Positions 1 to 9,285 of a DNA stretch of 64,000 bases are shown piece by piece. Position 1 is the first letter of the stretch. Each line of letters starts with the position of its first letter. The notes under the pieces are model-generated. The model was not told the DNA's origin. It saw nothing but the letters and a program-made list of their open reading frames with translations, and did not search any database. Source of the stretch: Rhodobacterales bacterium (lineage in GTDB: Bacteria; Pseudomonadota; Alphaproteobacteria; Rhodobacterales; CAZPXZ01). The position numbers were made by a program, and so were the translations under genes. The stretch spans positions 172,504-236,503 of the forward strand of contig CBDCSI010000001.1 in the NCBI GenBank assembly GCA_965221505.1. Direction: 5' to 3'.

Positions 1-1
1 T

Positions 2-1318
2 CCCGGCGCGGAAATCGAGATCTTCGGCGAAGTCCAGAGCGACATCCTGCCCGCCCATGCGAGGGCGATGGGAATCGCGGTGATCTGGCAGGATCTGGCG
101 CTGTTTCCGCATATGAGCGTCGCCGAAAACGTCTGTTTCGACAGCATGGTCGGCAACCGGCCCCGTCTCGCCGCCACGGGTTCGATGCAGGCGCGTGCGG
201 CCGAAGTTCTCGAACGGCTCGAAGTGCAGCTGGACCTGGACGCCCGGCTGAACGCGCTGCCGATCGCCGAGCGGCAGATCGTCGCCATCGCCCGCGCCCT
301 GATGGGTTCCGCGCGCCTGATCTGCATGGACGAGCCGACCTCCTCGCTGACCCAGAGCGAAACCGACCGGCTGCTCGCGGTGGTGCGCACGCTCTCCGCG
401 CGCGGCGTGGCGGTGGTGTTCGTGAGCCACCGGCTCGCGGAGGTGCTGGACGTCGCGTCGCGGGTCACGGTCTTGCGCGACGGCAAGCTGGTCGGCGTCT
501 ATCCGACCGAGGGGATGACCCAGGCGCGGCTGGGCGAATTGATGACCGGCACGTCGCTCCGGCAGGAGGTGTCCGCTCGCGACCGCGAGGGCGCCCGGCC
601 GGTCCTGGAAGTCGAGGGGCTGACGCGACGGGGAGAGTTCGAGGACGTGTCGTTCGCGATCCGCGAGGGCGAGGTCCTGGGGCTGACCGGGCTCATCGGC
701 GCCGGCCGTACGGAACTGGCGCATGCCCTGATCGGCATGTCGCGTCCGGACGCCGGCGCGGTTCGGCTGAACGGGCGGGCGATTTCGCCGCGGTCCATAC
801 GCGACGCCATCGGCGAGGGCGTCGCCTACGTCTCGGAGGATCGGCTGTCGCTCGGCCTCATCCAGCCGCAATCCATCTCCGACAACACGGCGATCGCCGT
901 TCTCGGGCGGCTCGTCGGCCGCCTCGGGTTCCAGTCCGCGTCCCGGCAGAGGGACCTCGTCGCGAAGTGGGTAGACGGCCTCGCGATAAAGATCGGCATG
1001 CCGGAGCACCCGGTGTCCACCCTGTCGGGCGGCAACCAGCAGCGGGTGGTCCTGGCCAAGTGGCTCGCCACGGAGCCGAAGCTGCTGATCCTGGACAGCC
1101 CGACCGTCGGCGTGGACGTCGGCGCGCGCGCGGGGCTGTTTCGAATCGTCCGGCGGCTGGCCGACGAGGGCCTGGCGATCCTGCTGATCTCCGACGAGGT
1201 CACGGAGGTCCTGTTCCACAGCGACCGCGTCCTGCACATGGCGGACGGCCGCATCGTCGGGGAACACGATCCGCGCTCGACCGGCGTAAAGGAACTGGAG
1301 GCGCGGATCTATGCGTAG
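2..1318 (+). CDS. sugar ABC transporter ATP-binding protein (two-NBD RbsA/MglA type), 5' end cut by window edge
   Basis: The reading frame stays open to base 2, so the start lies outside the window. The protein shows an ABC signature (LSGGNQQRV) and Walker B (LLILDSPTVGVD) in the second NBD, plus the tail of a first NBD (LICMDEPTSSL). Its stop overlaps the next start. Confidence 0.9.
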   Translation, partial: PGAEIEIFGEVQSDILPAHARAMGIAVIWQDLALFPHMSVAENVCFDSMVGNRPRLAATGSMQARAAEVLERLEVQLDLDARLNALPIAERQIVAIARALMGSARLICMDEPTSSLTQSETDRLLAVVRTLSARGVAVVFVSHRLAEVLDVASRVTVLRDGKLVGVYPTEGMTQARLGELMTGTSLRQEVSARDREGARPVLEVEGLTRRGEFEDVSFAIREGEVLGLTGLIGAGRTELAHALIGMSRPDAGAVRLNGRAISPRSIRDAIGEGVAYVSEDRLSLGLIQPQSISDNTAIAVLGRLVGRLGFQSASRQRDLVAKWVDGLAIKIGMPEHPVSTLSGGNQQRVVLAKWLATEPKLLILDSPTVGVDVGARAGLFRIVRRLADEGLAILLISDEVTEVLFHSDRVLHMADGRIVGEHDPRSTGVKELEARIYA

Positions 1319-2297
1319 ATACCTGCGCGACAATCCGGTCGAAACCCGGCTCGCCGCGGTCCTCCTCGCGATGTTCCTGGCCCTGTCGGTCCTGTCGGAC
1401 CAATTCTTCACGCTCGGCAATCTCACCTCGTTGGCCAACAACAACGCGGTCAACCTGATCTGGGCGGTCGGTCTGCTCGTGGTGCTCGTCGCCGGCGGGA
1501 TCGACATCTCATTCGCCGTGGGCGCCTCGGTGGTCCAGTACGTGGCGGTGTATTGCCTCGGGGCGCTCGGGGGCGGCAACTGGCTGCTCGGATTTCTGGT
1601 TTGCGGGAGCATCGGAATCGGCCTCGGCCTGATCAACGCCTGGCTGATCCACGGGTTCCGGATCATCACCATCGTGGTGACCATCGCCACCTTCAACGCC
1701 TTCTTCGGCCTCCTCATGTTCTTCTCCAGCGGGCGGTTCATCTACGATCTTCCGAGCTGGTGGGTGAAGCGGATCTTCATCTTCGAGCACCAGTCGGCCA
1801 GCGGAACCTGGTCGGAGCTGAACCTGGCGGTCGGCGTGATGCTGGGCTGCGTCGCGGCGACCTGGCTGCTGATCCGGCACACCAATATCGGTCGTCAACT
1901 CTACGCCTTCGGCGACAATCCGGAGGGCGCGCGGCGCGCCGGCGTGAACATCGCGCTGATGCAGGCGATCGCCTTCGGCTGGATGGGGCTGATGGCCGGG
2001 ATCGCCGGGCTCATGCAGGTGAACATCGTCAAGGAGGTCGTGCCGAACGCCCTCTACGGCCGCGAGCTCGAGGTTCTGGCCTCGGTCGTGCTCGGCGGCG
2101 CCCGCCTCGGCGGCGGCAAGGGGTCGGTGCTCGGCTGCGTGCTGGGAGTGATGTTCGTCGCCGTCACCCAGAACGGGCTGAACCTGCTCGGGGTCTCTCC
2201 TTTCGCCTTCCAGATGATCATCGGGGGGGCGATCCTGATCGCCATCTCGACCTCCAACCTGGACTTCTCCTCCCTGCGGCGGAGGGACGCGTCGTGA
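1311..2297 (+). CDS. sugar ABC transporter permease (RbsC/AraH-like)
   Basis: 328-aa polytopic hydrophobic protein. ATG 1311 overlaps the upstream stop by 8 nt. It sits in an operon with an ATPase and a second permease. Confidence 0.9.
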   Translation: MRRYLRDNPVETRLAAVLLAMFLALSVLSDQFFTLGNLTSLANNNAVNLIWAVGLLVVLVAGGIDISFAVGASVVQYVAVYCLGALGGGNWLLGFLVCGSIGIGLGLINAWLIHGFRIITIVVTIATFNAFFGLLMFFSSGRFIYDLPSWWVKRIFIFEHQSASGTWSELNLAVGVMLGCVAATWLLIRHTNIGRQLYAFGDNPEGARRAGVNIALMQAIAFGWMGLMAGIAGLMQVNIVKEVVPNALYGRELEVLASVVLGGARLGGGKGSVLGCVLGVMFVAVTQNGLNLLGVSPFAFQMIIGGAILIAISTSNLDFSSLRRRDAS

Positions 2298-3295
2298 CCG
2301 GGCTCTTCTCCGGCATCAACCGGCGATTCGGCCCGGAGACGCTGCCGCTGGTCGCCTTCCTGTTCTTCCTCGTGATCGCGTTCTCCTCCGCGACCCCGCG
2401 GTTCCTGACTGGGGCGAATTTCGGCTCCATCGCGTTCCAGCTGCCGGTGCTCGGCCTCCTCACCCTGGCCATGCTGGTCCCGATTCTCTCCGGGGGGCTG
2501 AACCTCGCGATCATCTTCACGGCGAACATGTCCGGCCTGACCCTCGCCTGGATCCTGATCGAGCTCGGCGGCCCGGCCGCCGGGCCGGGCGCGCTGATCC
2601 TCGGAATCCTGGCCGCGCTCCTCGTCGGCGCGGCGGCCGGCCTGGCGATGGGCCTGGTGATCGCCTATACCGGCGCCCACCCGATCCTGGTGTCGCTGGC
2701 GATGATGATCTTCCTGCGCGGACTGGGCGAGTTCCTGACCCGGGGCGGCGACATATCGGGTTTTCCGGACACGATGAACGTCATCGGGCACGGCAGTCTG
2801 CTCGGGATTCCGGTCCCTCTCCTGATCTTTCTCGGGGCGGTCCTGGTGTGGCAAGTCATGCTCCGGCACACGCGGCACGGGTTCTCGGTCTACATGATCG
2901 GCTCGAACATTCGCGCGTCCGAGTATTCCGGCGTGAACACCAAGCGTACGCTGACGCTGATCTACACCATATCCGGCGCCATCTGCGCCGTGGCCGGAAT
3001 CGTCATGGCCGCCCGGTTCAACTCGGTGCGGGTCGGGCACGGCGAGGCGCTGCTCCTGGTGACCGTGCTGGCCTGCTTTCTCGGCGGCGTCGATCCGTTC
3101 GGCGGATTCGGCCGCATGCTGCCGGTCACCGTCGCCCTGATCACGCTGCAGGTGCTCTCGTCGGGGTTGAACCTCCTCGGCGCGAACCAGCATCTCGCCA
3201 CCGCGGTGTGGGGACTGTTTCTCATCGTCGTCATGGTGCTGCGCTGGGCCGCCGGGCAGCTGCCGCTGTTTTTCGGCGGTCGATTGCGGGAATGA
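2294..3295 (+). CDS. sugar ABC transporter permease (second RbsC-like subunit)
   Basis: GTG 2294 overlaps the upstream stop (GTGA). The last 333 aa of ORF 1553..3295 are polytopic and hydrophobic. The upstream part of that ORF is Arg-rich and overlaps the previous gene in another frame. Confidence 0.85.
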   Translation: MTGLFSGINRRFGPETLPLVAFLFFLVIAFSSATPRFLTGANFGSIAFQLPVLGLLTLAMLVPILSGGLNLAIIFTANMSGLTLAWILIELGGPAAGPGALILGILAALLVGAAAGLAMGLVIAYTGAHPILVSLAMMIFLRGLGEFLTRGGDISGFPDTMNVIGHGSLLGIPVPLLIFLGAVLVWQVMLRHTRHGFSVYMIGSNIRASEYSGVNTKRTLTLIYTISGAICAVAGIVMAARFNSVRVGHGEALLLVTVLACFLGGVDPFGGFGRMLPVTVALITLQVLSSGLNLLGANQHLATAVWGLFLIVVMVLRWAAGQLPLFFGGRLRE

Positions 3296-3394
3296 CGGCA
3301 TGCGGCGAAGATTCCGGGCGGCGCCGGCGCTGACGGGAGTGAGCTTGGCCGGGCGCTTCGCGCGTCGGCAATAACTGGTGGAAAGGACAAGGCG

Positions 3395-4243
3395 ATGAAG
3401 GGATTCGGCGTTCACGCCAGCATGTGGACCATGAGTTGGGACCGGGACGGCGCCGAGCGGGCCGTCGAGGCCGCGATGCAGTACGATCTGGACTTCGTCG
3501 AGATCCCGCTCCTGAACCCGCCCGCGGTCGACGCGCGGCATACGAGGGAGCTCCTGGAGCGACACGAGATTCGGGCCGTCTGCTCCCTCGGCCTGCCGGA
3601 ATCCGCCTGGGCGTCGCAGCGCCCGGACGCGGCGATCGAATTTCTGGACGCGGCGCTCGCGAAGGCGCGGGACCTCGGCGCCGAGGCGCTCTCGGGAGTG
3701 ACCTTCGGCGGAATCGGGGAACGGTCCGGGCATCCGCCGAGCGAGGCGGAGCTGTCGAACGTCGCGCGGGTCCTGGAGGCCGCGGCGCGCCGGGCGCGAG
3801 AGCTCGATCTACTGTTCGGCATCGAGCCGGTGAACCGCTACGAGAACCACCTGATCAACACCGGCTGGCAGGCGGTGGACATGATCGAGCGCGTCGGCGC
3901 CGACAACGTCTTCATCCATCTCGACACCTATCACATGAATATCGAGGAGAAGGGCGCGGCCAACGGCGTGCTGGATTCGCGGGAGTATCTCAAATACATC
4001 CATCTCTCCGAGAGCGACCGGGGAACGCCCGGGGAGGGGTGCTGCGACTGGGACGAGGTGTTCGCCGCGCTGGCCGCGATCGGCTTCGAGGGCGGAATGG
4101 CGATGGAGAGCTTCATCAACATGCCGCCGGAGCTGGGTTACGCGCTGTCGGTCTGGCGCCCGGTCGCAGAGAGTCACGAGGCGGTGATGGGCAAGGGGCT
4201 GCCGTTCCTTCGCAACAAGGCCAGGCAGTACCGCCTGATCTGA
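3395..4243 (+). CDS. ketose 3-epimerase family protein (D-tagatose/D-psicose 3-epimerase-like, xylose isomerase-like TIM barrel)
   Basis: Motifs IEPVNRYENHLINT, HLDTYHMNIEE, HLSESDRGTPGEG and AMESF align with the metal-binding and catalytic segments I recall from Agrobacterium D-psicose 3-epimerase. The gene lies directly downstream of the sugar ABC genes. Confidence 0.85.
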   Translation: MKGFGVHASMWTMSWDRDGAERAVEAAMQYDLDFVEIPLLNPPAVDARHTRELLERHEIRAVCSLGLPESAWASQRPDAAIEFLDAALAKARDLGAEALSGVTFGGIGERSGHPPSEAELSNVARVLEAAARRARELDLLFGIEPVNRYENHLINTGWQAVDMIERVGADNVFIHLDTYHMNIEEKGAANGVLDSREYLKYIHLSESDRGTPGEGCCDWDEVFAALAAIGFEGGMAMESFINMPPELGYALSVWRPVAESHEAVMGKGLPFLRNKARQYRLI

Positions 4244-4250
4244 TCCGGCG

Positions 4251-4940
4251 CTACGTCTCCAGCGGCTCGACGCAATTCCGGTCGTCGACCGCGGGCGAAT
4301 TGACGCGGAGGCTGACCGGGTGGGCGGTCAGCGCCGGCGGCGGCAGGTCGTCGAGCGGGACCGACTCGGCCCTCAGCCAGGCGTCGAGCGCCTTCGGCGG
4401 CAGGACGACCGGCATCCGGTGGTGAATCCGCGCGACGGACGGGCTTGCGGCTCGGGTCAGGACGGTGAAGGTCTCGAGTTCGTCGCCGGGCTTGAGATGA
4501 GCGAGGGATCTCGGAACGGTGATCGGCCCGGGTACGGTCCAGCGCTCCCAAAGCCCGGCGAAGGCGAGAATGCCGCCGTCCTCGGGCTGAATGAGCCAGG
4601 GCTGGTGCACGTCGTCGCGCCTCGTCCATTCGTAGTATCCGTCGGCCGGCACGATGCAGCGCCTCCTGCGGAAGGCGGACCGGAACGACGGCTTGCCGGC
4701 GGCGGTTTCCGAGCGGGCGTTGATCAGACGGTTTCCGATCCTCGCGTCCTTCGCCCAGGTCGGGACGAGTCCCCAGCGAATCGTCGAGAGGGTGCGGCCG
4801 TCGCCGTCGGCGCGAACCACCGCGGCCTCCTGGGAGGGCGCGAGGTTGTAGCGCGGCGCGAGGTTGACGGCCGGGCCCGACAGGTCGAGGAGATCCCGGA
4901 CCTCCTGCCAGGAGAATCGTTGCGTGAAGCGGCCGCACAT
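4251..4940 (-). CDS. SOS response-associated peptidase (SRAP/YedK family, abasic-site processing protein)
   Basis: N-terminus is MCGRF (catalytic Cys2), followed by typical SRAP blocks (NARSET, PADGYYEW, FAGLWE, HHRMPVVL). Confidence 0.9.
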   Translation of the reverse strand: MCGRFTQRFSWQEVRDLLDLSGPAVNLAPRYNLAPSQEAAVVRADGDGRTLSTIRWGLVPTWAKDARIGNRLINARSETAAGKPSFRSAFRRRRCIVPADGYYEWTRRDDVHQPWLIQPEDGGILAFAGLWERWTVPGPITVPRSLAHLKPGDELETFTVLTRAASPSVARIHHRMPVVLPPKALDAWLRAESVPLDDLPPPALTAHPVSLRVNSPAVDDRNCVEPLET

Positions 4941-4993
4941 GCGGGCATTCTACTGGCGTAGCGCAGTGAGCGTGCGCTGGTTTGCGTAGCCGA

Positions 4994-5668
4994 TTATTTC
5001 TCGAAGACGCGTCGGAACCAATCGACGAATGCCAGAGCAGCGGGACTGTCGTGGCGGAAGTACCTCTTCCAGATTGCCGATCCGTAACGCAAACCGGGAT
5101 CTTCCTGCCAAGCGAGCCAAGCATGCAGGACAGCTTTCGGACGTTTGGCTTCGGGGAACTTCGCGCCATGGCTCCGAGCGGAATGTGTCGAGGAATCGGC
5201 GAACGGGAGGAGAGGATCTCCCTCGTCGACGAGAGTCTCCAGGAATTGCTCCAGAGTGCCCTCTCGCCGATTGTCTGGCATCAACCAGCAGCCTGTTCGC
5301 ACCCCATAGGCACCCGCATCGGCGACAAATCCAGTAACCGGGATCTCATTCGGCGGCTCGATTCCGACCCTTCGATACTGCGTGCATACTTCGCGCCAAC
5401 GATCTGCGGGATCGATATCCGCGTCCAGGACGAACGCAACCGGACGGCCGCCGCTAAGCCGAACGGCCGCACTTATCGACGAGAGCAAGTTGTCCTTGCC
5501 GTCTCCTGACGAGATTTGCGGGACGTTGGGGGCACTGGAGTCGGGCGGACTGCCCTTCCCCTCGATCCGGCACTTGATCTCGTGCTGGCCCAGGAGCGCC
5601 CGAATCGCGTGGGCATCGTTGGAGCCTTCGACGTACAGGATGGGGATGGGCCCTTCCGGATCGGCCAT
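4994..5668 (-). CDS. Toprim-like protein (DUF3226/DUF4435-like), partner of the upstream ATPase
   Basis: 224 aa. An N-terminal ILYVEGSNDAHAI (Toprim Glu) is followed about 70 aa later by FVLDADID (DxD), then WLMPDN and AWLAWQEDPG blocks that I recall from DUF3226-type proteins. Its ATG overlaps the ATPase stop (ATGA at 5668). GC is lower than in the flanks. Confidence 0.75.
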   Translation of the reverse strand: MADPEGPIPILYVEGSNDAHAIRALLGQHEIKCRIEGKGSPPDSSAPNVPQISSGDGKDNLLSSISAAVRLSGGRPVAFVLDADIDPADRWREVCTQYRRVGIEPPNEIPVTGFVADAGAYGVRTGCWLMPDNRREGTLEQFLETLVDEGDPLLPFADSSTHSARSHGAKFPEAKRPKAVLHAWLAWQEDPGLRYGSAIWKRYFRHDSPAALAFVDWFRRVFEK

Positions 5669-6768
5669 CAGCGGACCTCAATGTCCTGCTGAACGGCGAT
5701 CTTGATCTGGTCGCCTTCCAGACCGACTGCTTGCGGTAGCCTCCTGTCCAGCTTCTGGATTGTCACCTGATCATCGAATTCGGGGCGGGACCGCAACAAC
5801 GAACCAAGCGCCCGAACGCAATCGTAGCTGTGCGTGGTAGCGAAGACCTGAACGTTCAGATTTTCTGCCAGCTGCACTACCATCGACCACATACCTCTCA
5901 TGACCGTCCAGTGAAGGCCGGTGTCAATCTCGTCAACGAGCAAGACGCCGTCGGCAGATCCGACGAAAGCGAGCCGAAGGGCAAGGAGTCGCCGGATTCC
6001 GTCGCCGTAGGATCTAATTGGATACCGGCGCCCGCCGTTGCGCTTCCCCAGCACTATGCGGTTCTCCAATACACGAGTCGGCAAGAAATGAATGGAGTCG
6101 AGGTCAGGCTCCAGCAACTGCATGTCCTGGACGACCTCCGCTTCCCTTCCTGCCATCACGACCATGCTCCACATTTTGTCCATGGCGGCAGGATCGAAGG
6201 ATTCCAGCGTCAGGAAATGAACCGGCGTTCCAACCTGCCCGCGCCGGAACGCTCCGGGGACTAAATCATGCATCAACGCGCCGTCTTCCAGAACCGGAAA
6301 CACAGCGCTCTTCTCCGGTACGCCCGAATCGATGCTCAGTCCGGACGCCGGCACGACCACCTCTTCGGAGCCAGATAGCGTTCTCCGCTGCCGTCTCGCG
6401 AGTCTCAAATACCAGTCGTCCAATTCTTCGTCGATCTCTTCCGACGAGAGCATCGTAGCCGAGAGGGAGCGTTTGCAGTCGTCGGTCGACAGATCGAAAC
6501 TCGCTCCCGGCTCACAGGAATGGCCATGAAAAACGTGCGAAACGGTCACGAGGCGCTCCTGAGCGAAACGAGCGCTCATATCTCCCCGTCGCCTAAGGGA
6601 TTCGTACAGGACACGGAGGTTCCCTTCCGTTACCAGGAGCTCGACGGCTTCCAGGACCGAGGTCTTGCCGCTGTCGTTCTTGCCGACCAGGAGGTTCACC
6701 CTGGCCAAGTCAGCGAGACGGTACGAATCGAACCCCCGAAATCCGCGAAGGCCCAAGGTGCCTATCAT
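5668..6768 (-). CDS. ABC/AAA15-AAA21-type ATPase (OLD/AriA/AbiLi-like ATP-binding protein)
   Basis: Start chosen at ATG 6768 (MIGTLGLRGFRGF...), with GAGGA 7 nt upstream. Walker A is LLVGKNDSGKTS, Walker B is VLLVDEIDTGLH, and the H-loop is FATTHS. The 48 codons upstream in the ORF lack a coding pattern. Confidence 0.85.
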   Translation of the reverse strand: MIGTLGLRGFRGFDSYRLADLARVNLLVGKNDSGKTSVLEAVELLVTEGNLRVLYESLRRRGDMSARFAQERLVTVSHVFHGHSCEPGASFDLSTDDCKRSLSATMLSSEEIDEELDDWYLRLARRQRRTLSGSEEVVVPASGLSIDSGVPEKSAVFPVLEDGALMHDLVPGAFRRGQVGTPVHFLTLESFDPAAMDKMWSMVVMAGREAEVVQDMQLLEPDLDSIHFLPTRVLENRIVLGKRNGGRRYPIRSYGDGIRRLLALRLAFVGSADGVLLVDEIDTGLHWTVMRGMWSMVVQLAENLNVQVFATTHSYDCVRALGSLLRSRPEFDDQVTIQKLDRRLPQAVGLEGDQIKIAVQQDIEVR

Positions 6769-7162
6769 CGTTCGTCCTCGATTGTCGCATTCCGAATCTG
6801 CACCATCATAGTGCGGGTCGGGCTCGGCACTCGCCGGACCAGGACTAAGGAGACCGGTGGCATTACTGCGATACGGACGCGTCTTCGCGTTTCGAACAGC
6901 AACGTCGGACAATCCTCGACACGGTTGCCGGCGCCGATGGTTTCCGTCCGCATTCCGTCGCGGGAACCGAATGCCCTTCCGCCGGACGACAGCATGATCG
7001 TCCTTGCTGCGAACGCGGGCCGCACGACGCAGTTCCCGGTACTGCTCTCAACCGGGACGAGACCGCCAGCTTCCCGAACCAAAGCAGTGACGGACTGTAT
7101 CGGTCAGCGGAAATTGGCCGAGGAGGCCGGGCCGCAGCCGCACGACAGCCGCCGAACGCCGG

Positions 7163-8641
7163 CTACCGGACGAGAAACAGGGAGATCTCCGGAAACGCGA
7201 CCAAGAGGGCGAGAACCGCCAGCTGCAGGCAGATGAACGGCCCGAAGGACCGGTAGATGGTCACCAGGTCGATCTCCGGCGGCGTGACGCTCTTCAGGTA
7301 GAAGGCCGCCGACCCGAAGGGCGGCGTCAGGAACGCCACCTGCATGTTGACGCTGAACAGGATCCCGAACCAGATCGGATCGTAGCCGAGCTTGATCACG
7401 ATCGGCATGAACACCGGCATGGTCAGGAGCACGATGCCGATCCAGTCCATGAACATGCCGAGCGCGAGGAAGATCAGCATCATGATCAGGATGACGCCGA
7501 TGGGAGCGATATCGAGCGCGAAGATCAGGTCGGCGACGTATTTGTTGCCGCCGGAGAGGCTGTAGGCGCCGGCCAGGACCGTGGCGCCGAATGTCACCCA
7601 CAGGATCGTGCCCACCGAGCGGAAGGTCTGCTCCAGGCTCTCGAACAGCATGACGATGCCGAGTTCCCGGCGGATGGCGATGAGGACGAAGGTCGCCACC
7701 ACGCCCATCGCGGCCGCCTCCGTGATGCCGGTGACGCCGCCGTAGATCGATCCCAGCACGAGATCGACCACGATCAGGGGCGGCAGCAGCCCCCTGGCGA
7801 TCGGATAGCGGTCTTCCTTGCGAAGCAGGTAGACCAGGACCAGACCGATGGCCGCGCTCGAGAAGATGAAGAACGCGACCTGCTCCGTCGTGCCGACGCC
7901 GAACGCCCGCGCGATCAGGACAGCGACGCCGCCGACGGCGACCGGGGTCAGGTTGTAGGCGAGCTCCATCGGCGTCTCGAGCGACGCCCGCCGCGTGTCG
8001 CTGCCGTCGGTGCCGACCGTAATGGGAGCGAGGGACGGGTTCAGGCGGGTGCGGACGACGATATAGGCGATATAGGTGGCCGCGAGCATCAGGCCCGGGA
8101 CGAAGGCCGCGGTGAAGAGGGCGGTGATCGAAGTCTCGGTGATCAGCCCGAAAATGATCAGCACGACCGACGGAGGGATCATGGTGCCGAGCGATCCGCC
8201 GGCGCAGATGGTTCCGATCGCGAGGTGCTTGTCGTAGCCGAGCCGCAGCATCTGCGGCAGCGCGACGAGTCCGAGCAGGACGATTTCGCCGCCGATGATG
8301 CCCGACATCGCCGCCATGATGACCGCCATGACCGTGGTCACGATGGCGACCCCGCCCCGCATGCGACCGAGCGCGACGTTCAGGGCGTCGTACATGTCCT
8401 TGGCGATTCCGCTTCGCTCCAGGAGCGACGCCATCACGATGAAGAGCGGCACGGCGATGATCGCGTAGGTGATGGCGAGGTCGTACACCCGCTGCATCAC
8501 CAGGCCGAGGCCGGGCATCCCGAAGTTGAAGTAGATCACGATCGCGCCGAGCAGCCCGGTGGCGAAGCCGAGCGGCACCCCGGCGATCAAGAGGACGAAG
8601 ATCCCGATCAGCAGGAGAAGCGATAGCGTGCCGATGTCCAT
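7163..8641 (-). CDS. dctM: TRAP transporter large permease subunit
   Basis: Start at ATG 8641 (MDIGTLSLLLLIGIF...) overlaps the dctQ stop by 1 nt (ATGA). The 492-aa protein is polytopic. The upstream 178 codons of ORF 7163..9175 are Arg/Gly-rich and lie out of frame over dctQ. Confidence 0.9.
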   Translation of the reverse strand: MDIGTLSLLLLIGIFVLLIAGVPLGFATGLLGAIVIYFNFGMPGLGLVMQRVYDLAITYAIIAVPLFIVMASLLERSGIAKDMYDALNVALGRMRGGVAIVTTVMAVIMAAMSGIIGGEIVLLGLVALPQMLRLGYDKHLAIGTICAGGSLGTMIPPSVVLIIFGLITETSITALFTAAFVPGLMLAATYIAYIVVRTRLNPSLAPITVGTDGSDTRRASLETPMELAYNLTPVAVGGVAVLIARAFGVGTTEQVAFFIFSSAAIGLVLVYLLRKEDRYPIARGLLPPLIVVDLVLGSIYGGVTGITEAAAMGVVATFVLIAIRRELGIVMLFESLEQTFRSVGTILWVTFGATVLAGAYSLSGGNKYVADLIFALDIAPIGVILIMMLIFLALGMFMDWIGIVLLTMPVFMPIVIKLGYDPIWFGILFSVNMQVAFLTPPFGSAAFYLKSVTPPEIDLVTIYRSFGPFICLQLAVLALLVAFPEISLFLVR

Positions 8642-9234
8642 CAGTCGGCCCCTCCCGACCGCTTGCGCCGAAGTTTGGGTATCGAATCGACCAGCAGGTT
8701 GTTGACTGCCTGAACGGCGACCAGGGCGGTCACGATCAGCACCAGCGGCTTCACCGTGGCGGGGATCGGCGGATTCCAGAAGGTTCCGAAGCGCTCCCAG
8801 CGAATCAGCGTGTCCCAGGCGACCCCGATTCCGGCGACGATCATGGCCGCCGCGTAGCCGACCACGACCAGCGTGGACAGGACGTCGCAGCATACCTGCA
8901 GCTTCGGCGGCATGACGTCGTAGGCCGCCGTGATCCGGATATGGGCCCGGCGCTGCATGGCGTAGACGCCGGCGACGAGGAAGATCACGCTGCCGATCCA
9001 GAGCGTGAGCTCGTTGACCCAGAGCGTCGGGCTGAAGAATACGTAGCGCATCACCACCTCGTAGAAGGTGATGACGACCGCGACCGCGGTGAGCAGCATG
9101 GCCAGCCGGGAGACGAAGGCGTTGATGCGGTCGACGAAGGTGACCGTCTCGTCCGGCGGATGGCTGACCAGCCATCGGGCGAACGCCTTCGGAAGGCTCC
9201 CGGATTCGAGCAGCTTGCGCGTGTGTTCGTCCAT
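8641..9234 (-). CDS. dctQ: TRAP transporter small permease subunit
   Basis: 197 aa with four hydrophobic segments. It sits between the dctP-like and dctM-like genes. Confidence 0.85.
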   Translation of the reverse strand: MDEHTRKLLESGSLPKAFARWLVSHPPDETVTFVDRINAFVSRLAMLLTAVAVVITFYEVVMRYVFFSPTLWVNELTLWIGSVIFLVAGVYAMQRRAHIRITAAYDVMPPKLQVCCDVLSTLVVVGYAAAMIVAGIGVAWDTLIRWERFGTFWNPPIPATVKPLVLIVTALVAVQAVNNLLVDSIPKLRRKRSGGAD

Positions 9235-9285
9235 GGGGCCTGCCTCGCCGTCGAAGGCCGCCGCGATGCGGGGCTACGGGTAGAG

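Noticed and set aside
6765-7082. 105-aa ORF whose stop overlaps the ATPase start (ATGA), a possible third gene of the candidate defence module.
   Set aside because: It has no motifs, a mediocre composition and no convincing SD or start. An ATGA overlap needs only an A after the ATG, and open frames are common here. It should be checked by homology and Ribo-seq, but it is not called.
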